In this document: one piece after another, positions 7,835-18,029 of the stretch
Layout of the letters: each line of letters begins with the position of its first letter
Numbering within the stretch: the first letter of the stretch is position 1
Assembly (NCBI GenBank): GCA_041310895.1
Contig: JBFYWT010000014.1
Coordinates: forward strand, 1 to 37,189
Source of the DNA: Desulfobacteraceae bacterium
Lineage (GTDB): Bacteria; Desulfobacterota; Desulfobacteria; Desulfobacterales; SpSt-501
Reading direction: 5' to 3'
Length of the DNA: 37,189 nucleotides
The notes under the pieces: model-generated
Told to the model about the DNA's origin: nothing
Database searches by the model: none
Seen by the model: the letters and a program-made list of their open reading frames with translations, nothing else
Program-made: the position numbers and the translations under genes

Positions 7835-9532
7835 TCACATATACCCCTTCTGCCCCAGATAGAGCAGGATCTCCTGGGCGGCCTCGTCCGGGGTGAGGTT
7901 CGCGGTGTCGATGCGGACCTCGGGGGACTCGGGCGCTTCATAGGGATCGTCGACGCCGGTGAACCCCTTGACGAGCCCCGCGCGGGCCCTGGCGTACATG
8001 CCCTTGCGGTCGCGCTTTTCACACACCTCGATCGGGGTGGCCACATGGACCTCGATGAACCCCCCGTAGGCTTGGATCCCGCGGCGGATCTCGGCCCGGG
8101 TCTTGGCATAGGGTGCAATCGGGGCACAGATGGCGATGCCCCGGTTCTTGGTGATCTCGGAGGCCACAAAGCCGATGCGGCGCACATTGATATCCCGATG
8201 TTCTTTGGAGAAGGTGAGCTCGCTCGACAGGTTGTGGCGGACGATGTCCCCGTCCAGGAGCGTAACCGGGCGCTCGCCGCGTTCCAGGAACTTGGAGTAG
8301 AGGATCCGGGCAATGGTGGACTTGCCGGCGCCGGAGAGGCCGGTCATGAAAATGCTGAACCCCTGCCGGTCCGGCGGGGGATAGGCCTGCTGGAGCTCGG
8401 CGATCACTTCGGGAAATGTGGCCCACTCCGGGATCCGCCGCCCTTCGCGCACCCGGCGGCGGATATCGGTGCCGGAGAGGGAGATGCCCTGGGTCCCCGG
8501 CGGGATCTGGTCGGCGCCGCGGTACTCGTCCTCGAAGGGGAGGTAGACCATCTCGGGAAACGAGATGATCTCGATTCCGATCTCCGCGGCGTGTTCGGCG
8601 ACCAGCCGGCAGGCGTCGTCCGGCCCGTAGAAAGGCTTACCGTTTGGATCGCACCCGGGGCCGCCGTGGTCGCGGCCGGCGATGAAATGGGTGCAGCCGA
8701 GGTTACGGCAGACGATGGCGTGCAGCAGGGCTTCGCGCGGCCCGGACATGCGCATCGAGAGCGGCAGCAGGTTGAGCAGGTAGGCCTCGGGCGGGTAGTG
8801 CTGCACGACCTTGCGCACACAGCGCACCCGGGTGTAATGGTCGAAGTCCCCCGGCTTGGTCATGCCGGCCACGGGCAAAATCAGCAAGTTCGCCCGGGCC
8901 TGGCGCATGGCCTGCAAGGTCATTTCGAACTGAGGCCGGTGGATGGGATTCTCGGTGATGAACCCGACCGTGCGCTTCCAGTTGAGCTTGCGGACGGCGA
9001 CGCGGATTTCAGCGGGGCTTAGCCGGATCTTGCGGAAATCGTAGTGCAGCGGCAGGCTGATCACCTCGATCCGCCCGCCGATGTAGACGTCGCCGGTCCG
9101 ATTGAGCAGGTAATCGGCCCCGGGGTGGGAGGGGTCGAGGGTGCCGTAGATCTGATGCGCCTCTTTCTCCCGGTCCGCCGGCCAGATGTCCTCAATGTGC
9201 ATCACCGCCAGCAGAAACCCTTCCGGGTCGCGCAGTGCGACCGACTGGCCCGCCTCCAGGCTGCGGGCCATGGTTTCGGAGACGTCCAGGCAGATGGGAA
9301 CCGGCCAGACCGAGCCGTCCGCAAGGCGCATGCGGTCGAGCACCGGCTCGTAATCGGCCCGCGTCATGAACCCGTGCAGGGGATGAAACCCGCCGCTGGC
9401 CAGCATTTCCAGATCGCAGAGCTGCCGATCGTTCAAAGTGATGTCCGGCATGCTGACGGTAAGCTCTTTCAGCAGTGCCGCGCGCGCGTCGTCCACCAAG
9501 CCGCATGCAGTTTCCGATAGGGTCGATGCCAT
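7835..9532 (-). CDS. bifunctional sulfate adenylyltransferase-like / adenylylsulfate (APS) kinase
   Basis: The N-terminal ~380 aa are ATP-sulfurylase-like (PUA-like domain, LTKPGD-type MTKPGDFDHYTRVRC, AGRDHGGPG). The C-terminal ~180 aa are an APS kinase (GLSGAGKST P-loop, LDGDIVRH, FTGVDDPYE). Confidence 0.9.
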   Translation of the reverse strand: MASTLSETACGLVDDARAALLKELTVSMPDITLNDRQLCDLEMLASGGFHPLHGFMTRADYEPVLDRMRLADGSVWPVPICLDVSETMARSLEAGQSVALRDPEGFLLAVMHIEDIWPADREKEAHQIYGTLDPSHPGADYLLNRTGDVYIGGRIEVISLPLHYDFRKIRLSPAEIRVAVRKLNWKRTVGFITENPIHRPQFEMTLQAMRQARANLLILPVAGMTKPGDFDHYTRVRCVRKVVQHYPPEAYLLNLLPLSMRMSGPREALLHAIVCRNLGCTHFIAGRDHGGPGCDPNGKPFYGPDDACRLVAEHAAEIGIEIISFPEMVYLPFEDEYRGADQIPPGTQGISLSGTDIRRRVREGRRIPEWATFPEVIAELQQAYPPPDRQGFSIFMTGLSGAGKSTIARILYSKFLERGERPVTLLDGDIVRHNLSSELTFSKEHRDINVRRIGFVASEITKNRGIAICAPIAPYAKTRAEIRRGIQAYGGFIEVHVATPIEVCEKRDRKGMYARARAGLVKGFTGVDDPYEAPESPEVRIDTANLTPDEAAQEILLYLGQKGYM

Positions 9533-9601
9533 GGGGATCCTTTATGAATATGATCGGTGAATTGACTCCGCCACAGGCTGAAGCTATTCTATTCATATCA
9601 A

Positions 9602-9617
9602 ATTTCAAATTTGAAAT
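9602..9617. promoter_or_regulatory. perfect 16-bp palindrome, candidate operator in a divergent promoter region
   Basis: ATTTCAAATTTGAAAT is self-complementary. It lies in the AT-rich 120-bp gap between the sat/cysC start (9532, minus) and the U32 gene start (9654/9693, plus). An additional inverted pair TATGAATA (9543-9550) / TATTCATA (9590-9597) is nearby. Confidence 0.3.
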
Positions 9618-9653
9618 AAACTGCTGCGCGCCCCCCCGGCGCCAGGGGATCAA

Positions 9654-11690
9654 GTGACACCAGACCAGGATTCTGACCAAGGGACCACGGCGATGACGGA
9701 CCAGCGGGTTACGGCCGAGCGTACGGAACCGTCTCGGCCGGCCATCCTGGCGCCGGCCGGGAACAAAGCCTCCTTTCTGGCGGCCCTGGCGGCCGGGGCG
9801 GAGGCCGTCTACTGCGGGCTGAAAGCCTTCTCGGCCCGCATGGAGGCCAAAAATTTTTCCGTGGAGGAACTGGGGGCGCTGACGGCGCTGGCCCATGCCC
9901 AGGGCACCCAGGTCTTCGTGACGCTGAACACGCTCATCGCGCCCGGGGAGCCCGATGAGGCCGGCCGCCTGCTCGATCAGTTGAACCGCTGGGTCCACCC
10001 CGATGCCGTGATCGTCCAGGATCTCGCCATGGCGGGGCTCGTGCGGCAAACCGGCTTTGCCGGCCGGGTGATCTGGTCCACGCTCGCGAACGCCGGATTT
10101 CCGTCAGCGCTGCCGTGGATACGGGAGAGGCTGCCGGTCGACAGTGTGGTCCTGCCGCGCGAGCTCTCGGTCGACGAGATCAAGGCCATGGCGGCCGCCT
10201 GTCCCCCGGGGCTGGGCCTCGAGGTCTTCATCCACGGAGCCCTTTGCTACGGTGTCTCCGGGCGGTGCTATTGGAGCAGTTTCCTGGGCGGCAGGAGCGG
10301 GCTGCGCGGCCGCTGCGTTCAGCCCTGCCGGCGGGTGTACACCCAGGGCGGCGAGCGGCGGCGGTTCTTCTCCTGCCAGGATCTCAACCTGGATGTGCTG
10401 GTCAAGGTGCTGCTGAAGATCCCCCAGATCCGCGCCTGGAAAATCGAAGGGCGCAAGAAGGGGCCGCACTACGTCTACTACACCGTGTCGGCCTACCGGA
10501 TGCTGCGGGATCACCCCGGCGACAGCCGGATGAAAAAAGCGGCGCTCGAACTCCTGGCCCGTTCCTTGGGCCGCCCCGGGACCCACTATCATTTCCTGTC
10601 CCAGCGGCCTCAGAACCCCGTGAACACCCGGGACACCACGGGTTCCGGCCTGCTCGTCGGCCGCATCAAGGGCGGCGGCCGCGCTCCCTTCTTCACCCCG
10701 CGCGAGGAGTTGCTGCCAGGGGACCTGCTGCGGGTCGGGTATGAGGATGAGCCGGGGCACCGCATCGAGCGCATCGGCCGCGCGGTGCCCAAGGGGGGGC
10801 GTTATTTTCTCTCAGCCGCCGGGCGGGCCGTCGCCGGAGAGACTGCGGTCTTCTTGATCGATCGCCGTGAAAAGGCCCTGGGTGACATGATCCAAGGCCT
10901 CGATGCCAAGCTGGCGGACCTTGCTGCTCCGTCCTGCCCGCCTTCCTCCTTCCGCTGCAAGAGGCCGGAACCTTTCAGCGGCCCTTTTGAAACGATCGAG
11001 ATGACCGTCACCCGTGAGCTCCCCCGCCGCCGCGACACGGGCGTCGGCGGGGTGTGGCTGAGCGCGGAGGCGCTCGCCAAAGTCTCCTCGCGGGAGGGCC
11101 GCGAAGCCTGGTGGTGGCTACCGCCCGTGGTATTCCCGGACGATGAGGAGGCGTTGCGAGGACTGATAGCCGCCGCCTGCTCCCGTGGCAGTCGCACCTT
11201 CGTGCTCAACGATCCCTGGCAGGCCGCGTTGTTCGCCGCTGCCGGCCGCGGGCTGCGGCTCTGGGCCGGGCCTTTCTGCAACCTCGCGAATCCCCTGGCG
11301 CTGGAGGCGGCGGCCGGCCTTGGTTTTGCCGGGGCCATCGTCAGCCCGGAGCTGAGCGGCGCGGATTTTCTATCACTGCCGCGGATGAGCCCCCTGCCGC
11401 TGGGGGTTCTTGTGAGCGGAAACTGGCCGCTCTGCGTAGCCCGCACCGTCGCCGCGGAGCTGAAGACCGAGTCGGCCTTTCTAAGCCCCAAGGGGGAGGA
11501 GGCCTGGGTCGTTCGGCACGGGCCGCTTTTCTGGGTCTACCCCAACTGGCGGTTGGACCTGCAGGATCGGCGCGGGGAGATGGAGAAGGCCGGCTATCGG
11601 CTCTTCGTTCACCTGATCGAGCCCGTGCCGCCGTCGGTCAAACTTAAGCAGCGTCCGGGCGGGTGGAACTGGCAGGTGGGGCTGCAGTAG
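9654..11690 (+). CDS. U32-family (peptidase U32 / Fe-S hydroxylase-like) protein with long C-terminal extension
   Basis: The U32 signature EVFIHGALCYGVSGRCYWSS is followed by GRCVQPCRR. The N-terminal PAILAPAGN...AVYCG is typical of the family. The start is ambiguous: GTG 9654 or ATG 9693. Confidence 0.85.
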   Translation: MTPDQDSDQGTTAMTDQRVTAERTEPSRPAILAPAGNKASFLAALAAGAEAVYCGLKAFSARMEAKNFSVEELGALTALAHAQGTQVFVTLNTLIAPGEPDEAGRLLDQLNRWVHPDAVIVQDLAMAGLVRQTGFAGRVIWSTLANAGFPSALPWIRERLPVDSVVLPRELSVDEIKAMAAACPPGLGLEVFIHGALCYGVSGRCYWSSFLGGRSGLRGRCVQPCRRVYTQGGERRRFFSCQDLNLDVLVKVLLKIPQIRAWKIEGRKKGPHYVYYTVSAYRMLRDHPGDSRMKKAALELLARSLGRPGTHYHFLSQRPQNPVNTRDTTGSGLLVGRIKGGGRAPFFTPREELLPGDLLRVGYEDEPGHRIERIGRAVPKGGRYFLSAAGRAVAGETAVFLIDRREKALGDMIQGLDAKLADLAAPSCPPSSFRCKRPEPFSGPFETIEMTVTRELPRRRDTGVGGVWLSAEALAKVSSREGREAWWWLPPVVFPDDEEALRGLIAAACSRGSRTFVLNDPWQAALFAAAGRGLRLWAGPFCNLANPLALEAAAGLGFAGAIVSPELSGADFLSLPRMSPLPLGVLVSGNWPLCVARTVAAELKTESAFLSPKGEEAWVVRHGPLFWVYPNWRLDLQDRRGEMEKAGYRLFVHLIEPVPPSVKLKQRPGGWNWQVGLQ

Positions 11691-11695
11691 AAAAA

Positions 11696-11819
11696 GTGCC
11701 TAAAGTGTCAAGTGCCTAAAGTGCCTAAAGTTCAAAAACCATCCAGCGGTTGGCCCCCACAGGCGTAAAATGATCCGCAACCCTCCTCAACTTTAGGCAC
11801 TTTAGCTCACTTTAGTCAC
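11696..11819. repeat. second copy of the inverted 9-nt-repeat element (GTGCCTAAA arrays), between convergent genes
   Basis: Left array GTGCCTAAA GTGTCAA GTGCCTAAA GTGCCTAAA GTT (11696-11732). Right array AAC TTTAGGCAC TTTAGCTCAC TTTAGTCAC (11789-11819). There is a perfect 15-bp inverted match, 11718-11732 with 11789-11803. The core contains CGGTTGGCCCCC (11747-11758). Confidence 0.75.
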
Positions 11820-11831
11820 TTTCAACTCTCC

Positions 11832-13220
11832 TCACTTTTTCTTCCTCAGCCGGCGCATGGCGATCTGGAGGCTGGTTTGCATTCGGCCGATCGCCTGGGC
11901 CAGCAGGCCGATCTCATCGCGAGTGGCGACGTCGATTTTAACCTTTAAGTCGCCCATGCTCATGCGCTCGGCGGCATCCGTCAGCTTCATGAGGGGCGAT
12001 ACCAGGGAACGGGCCGAGAACCAGGCGATGGCGATGACCAGGAGCACCGTGGCGCCGAGCAGCGCCAGCGCGAAATGCTGGATCACCTCCATGGCTGCGA
12101 AGATTTCGCTTTCTTCCTGCTGCAAGGCCAGCACCCAGCCGTTCGTGGTGCTGGTACGCGCGTGGCCGATGGCCGGGCGTCCGTTCTCCCCCGCGAATGG
12201 CAAATTGGCCGAGGTCCACCCCTTGGCACGGAAAGCGGAGATCAGGGGGGTGGAGTTCAGGTTTTCGCGTTTTTCAAAGAACAGTTTTTGAGGGTGCGCC
12301 AATACATAGCCCTTTTCATCCAGGAGAAAGGCAAACCCGGTTGACCCCTTCTTCCAGTTGGCGATTTTTTTTGAAATGTCCTCCACCGTCATGGCGGCCG
12401 CCATGACGCCGACCACGCGCTGGCCGTCCCGGATCGGTACGGCCAGCACCAGGGCGGGGACCTTGGAGGTTCGCCCCACGACCGACTGCCAGGCGAAGGC
12501 CCGGCCGGCCATGACATCCTTGTAGTATTGGCGGTCGGCGTAGCTCACGAGCTCGCGGCCGTCGTTGCGGGCGACGTTCATCCCCTTCGGGTCGACGGTG
12601 AAGACCAGGTACATGAAGGGGTAGGCCTGGTGAATCGCCTTCAACGCCGGTTCCTGCCGCTCGCGATTCATGGAGACGATCTCCGGTAGGGAGGCCGCCA
12701 TGCGCAGCAATGCGGCGTTGTGGTTCACCCACGCGTCGATTTCGTCCACCATGCCCTTGGCCGTCTGGGCCATCAGGGCTTCCGAATCGCTGCGGATGTG
12801 CTCGTTCATCTCCCGGAAGGTCAAAAACCAGAAAAACCCGAAGGGGAGAAGGCTGATCAACAGCATGACGATGAGGGTCTTGCTGAACAGGCCGAAGCGC
12901 ACCTTCCGGGTGGCGGCCGGAGGTTCCCAGGCGGGGCTCTCCGGGGGGGGCTCCTCCGCCGGAGGCTCTCCCGCGGGAGGGGGTTGCTCGGCGGGAGGCT
13001 CAGGTAAAGCCCCGGTCGTCGCCTCCATGACGGCCTGGGTCATCCCCAGTGAGGTCAGGTCGAGGTCGAGATCCGGCGGGACCGCATCGGCCGCGGGCGG
13101 TTTCGTCACGTGGATCAGCTGGCCGCAGGCCTTGCATTTGACCTTGGCCGTATCGGCCTTCATTCGGGTCTCATCGATCCGGTAACGCTTTCCGCAGGCG
13201 TCGCAGGCGACCGTTATCAT
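11832..13220 (-). CDS. membrane sensor: MJ0042-type zinc ribbon + Pro-rich linker + Cache domain + HAMP, no output domain
   Basis: N-terminal CDACGKRYRI...VKCKACGQLIHV zinc ribbon, PPAEQPPPAGEPPAEEPPPE linker, and two TM segments bracketing a ~250-aa periplasmic Cache-like region. The C-terminal HAMP (PLMKLTDAAERMSMGDLKVKIDVATRDEIGLLAQAIGRM) ends the protein. Confidence 0.8.
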   Translation of the reverse strand: MITVACDACGKRYRIDETRMKADTAKVKCKACGQLIHVTKPPAADAVPPDLDLDLTSLGMTQAVMEATTGALPEPPAEQPPPAGEPPAEEPPPESPAWEPPAATRKVRFGLFSKTLIVMLLISLLPFGFFWFLTFREMNEHIRSDSEALMAQTAKGMVDEIDAWVNHNAALLRMAASLPEIVSMNRERQEPALKAIHQAYPFMYLVFTVDPKGMNVARNDGRELVSYADRQYYKDVMAGRAFAWQSVVGRTSKVPALVLAVPIRDGQRVVGVMAAAMTVEDISKKIANWKKGSTGFAFLLDEKGYVLAHPQKLFFEKRENLNSTPLISAFRAKGWTSANLPFAGENGRPAIGHARTSTTNGWVLALQQEESEIFAAMEVIQHFALALLGATVLLVIAIAWFSARSLVSPLMKLTDAAERMSMGDLKVKIDVATRDEIGLLAQAIGRMQTSLQIAMRRLRKKK

Positions 13221-13236
13221 GGGGGATGCTCCTGTG

Positions 13237-13707
13237 TCAGGTTTTGACCTTGTTTAGAATAGGAATCATCGATTTCTTGAATTGAATGCGGCTGCCTTCG
13301 TCCGGGATTTCGAGGGCGACACGGTTGATGATATCTGCGGCCTGCTCCAGGGGGAAGCGGGAGGCATCCAGGCCCATTTCCGCCAGGACGTCTTCCATCA
13401 GGATCTCGGCCATGGGCCCTACGATACGGGTCAGGTTCGAGCGCAGGGAGTTGAGAAAGGAGCGGTCGAGCGGCGGCACGTCGCGTTGGACCGGTTCGAT
13501 CAGTCCCTGGGCCAGGAGCGCGGCGAGGGTTTGCTTGAAAGTAGGGGTGTCCATCTCCGCCTCGGCGGAGATCTGGTAGAGGCTTTTGCCCTCCTCGATC
13601 ACCATCAGCAGGCGAATCATGTCGGCATTCAACGACACCGCCTGCATGTCCTTGCGGATCTTCTTGCGATAGTGCACGCTGTCGACGGGTTTCAACGGAG
13701 TCGCCAT
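13237..13707 (-). CDS. hypothetical protein with N-terminal winged-helix-like segment
   Basis: 156-aa ORF on the same strand, 16 nt upstream of the sensor gene. IRLLMVIEEGKSLYQISAEAEMDTPTFKQTLAALLAQGLI looks like a wHTH. No family is recognised. Confidence 0.55.
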   Translation of the reverse strand: MATPLKPVDSVHYRKKIRKDMQAVSLNADMIRLLMVIEEGKSLYQISAEAEMDTPTFKQTLAALLAQGLIEPVQRDVPPLDRSFLNSLRSNLTRIVGPMAEILMEDVLAEMGLDASRFPLEQAADIINRVALEIPDEGSRIQFKKSMIPILNKVKT

Positions 13708-13715
13708 GATAGTAA

Positions 13716-13744
13716 ATTAAATGACACTATCGGGGATCTGTCAA
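13716..13744 (-). promoter_or_regulatory. candidate sigma-70 promoter giving a (near-)leaderless mRNA
   Basis: Minus strand reads TTGACA (13744-13739), 17-nt spacer, TTTAAT (13721-13716). Only 8 nt separate the -10 hexamer from the ATG at 13707, and there is no SD. Confidence 0.4.
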
Positions 13745-13793
13745 GTTAAAATGGCTTAGAAATCCAAAAGGTTGTAACGGTCGGCCGAAAGGC

Positions 13794-14225
13794 TCAGGGC
13801 TGGGGCTTGGTCTTTTTCTCGATCTCCTCCTTGAGCTTTTTCTCCATTTCGGCAAAGAGGTTTTTCTTTTTTCCCAGCTGTTCGGCCTGGATGGATTCGA
13901 CCCTCCGGGCGATCCCCTTTTGGAGGTCCTGGAATTTTTTGACCTCATCTTCGAGTCGGGGGCCGGTTTCCCCGCGCGGAATCTCCTCCAGTTTGCGATG
14001 GTCGCGAATGAAGAAGCGCGCCCCGAACGATCCCTGGACCACCGCCTCGACGATGCCCAGCTCGGCCAGGCGGCGCGAGACGAACCCCGCCTTCTCCCCG
14101 GAGAAGTTCAGCATCCGGCTGATCTCATCCAGCGTCGGCGGAACGCCGTGCAGGTGCTCGTGGACCCGGATGGCGGCGACGAAGAGATGGGACTCGCTGT
14201 AGAGATCGATCGGCCTGGCTGTCAT
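13794..14225 (-). CDS. hypothetical protein, wHTH-like N-terminus and Lys/Glu-rich coiled-coil tail
   Basis: 143-aa ORF. PTLDEISRMLNFSGEKAGFVSRRLAELGIVE resembles a winged-helix DNA-binding segment. The C-terminus is KKKNLFAEMEKKLKEEIEKKTK. Confidence 0.55.
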   Translation of the reverse strand: MTARPIDLYSESHLFVAAIRVHEHLHGVPPTLDEISRMLNFSGEKAGFVSRRLAELGIVEAVVQGSFGARFFIRDHRKLEEIPRGETGPRLEDEVKKFQDLQKGIARRVESIQAEQLGKKKNLFAEMEKKLKEEIEKKTKPQP

Positions 14226-14266
14226 GTCGGCCCCGCGCGGCGGTGTAAAAACGACATCATCTCGGC

Positions 14267-17298
<3,032 letters not shown>

Positions 17299-17310
17299 TG
17301 AACGAAGTCC

Positions 17311-17967
17311 TCACTTCCTGACGAGCTCCTGCAGGGTCCGCTGGGCGCACTCCGGGCAGTAGCTGGAGGTGATGTCCAGCCGGGCGCGTTCGTGGATGAA
17401 CTGCTCCACGGGCACCCAGGGCCCGCGTCCCGGCTCCTTGCCGGTGTCGTCCCGAATCTTCTTGCAGACGCAGCACATCGGCAGGATCTTTTGGTAGAAG
17501 GAGATGCGGCGCGTGAGTTCCAGCCGTTCCAGGCAGCGCTCCACGCGGAAGAAGACCTCGGCGGACTCGCAGGGTTTGAGCAGGTAATCGTCAGCCTGGG
17601 ACTGGAGCGCCTCGATGGCGGAGAGCATGTCGCCGAATCCGGTCAGGATGATGACCATGACGGTGGCGTCGATTTCCTTCGAACGCTTGAGGACCTGGAT
17701 CCCGTCGGTCCGCTCCATGACGAGATCCGTGATGACCAGGTCGAAGGGGGCGTTCTGCAGCAGCGTGATCGCCATCTCGCCGCTGTTCGCCCGGGTGACA
17801 CGGTAGCCCCGGTTTTCGAGCTCCTCCCCGATCCCCTCCAGAATGAAGGGGTCGTCGTCCACCAGCAGCACGTTGTAGGGCTTTATCGGGTTGCGGCGTT
17901 CACCGTGCGGTGAGGCCTGGCTGCCGGCCTGCGTCGCCCCTCCGGCCGTTTTTGCGCGCTCTTCCAT
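17311..17967 (-). CDS. response regulator (receiver domain) with Cys-rich C-terminal tail
   Basis: Receiver motifs VLLVDDD, LVITDL, ILTG and KP. The tail is CCVCKKIRDD...W.PVEQFI......SSYCPECA. The start at MEERAK (ATG 17967) has a GGAGGTGGGAAGG SD; the upstream ATG 18009 lacks one. Confidence 0.85.
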   Translation of the reverse strand: MEERAKTAGGATQAGSQASPHGERRNPIKPYNVLLVDDDPFILEGIGEELENRGYRVTRANSGEMAITLLQNAPFDLVITDLVMERTDGIQVLKRSKEIDATVMVIILTGFGDMLSAIEALQSQADDYLLKPCESAEVFFRVERCLERLELTRRISFYQKILPMCCVCKKIRDDTGKEPGRGPWVPVEQFIHERARLDITSSYCPECAQRTLQELVRK

Positions 17968-18029
17968 GAACGCCTTCCCACCTCCGGTTGTCGGGCACCC
18001 CGCCGTCATTTACGATTCATGTGCCGATC

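Noticed and set aside
5730-9022. Plus-strand ORFs of 325 aa (5730-6707), 228 aa (6541-7227) and 325 aa (8045-9022), and various 60-180-aa frames inside the EBP, galE and sat/cysC genes
   Set aside because: All lie inside strongly supported minus-strand genes and have high-GC antisense composition.
12900-13020. Apparent GC-rich DNA repeat (GGAGGCTC / GGGGG units)
   Set aside because: It is explained by the Pro/Glu/Ala-rich linker (PPAEQPPPAGEPPAEEPPPE) of the sensor protein. This is coding low complexity, not a separate element.
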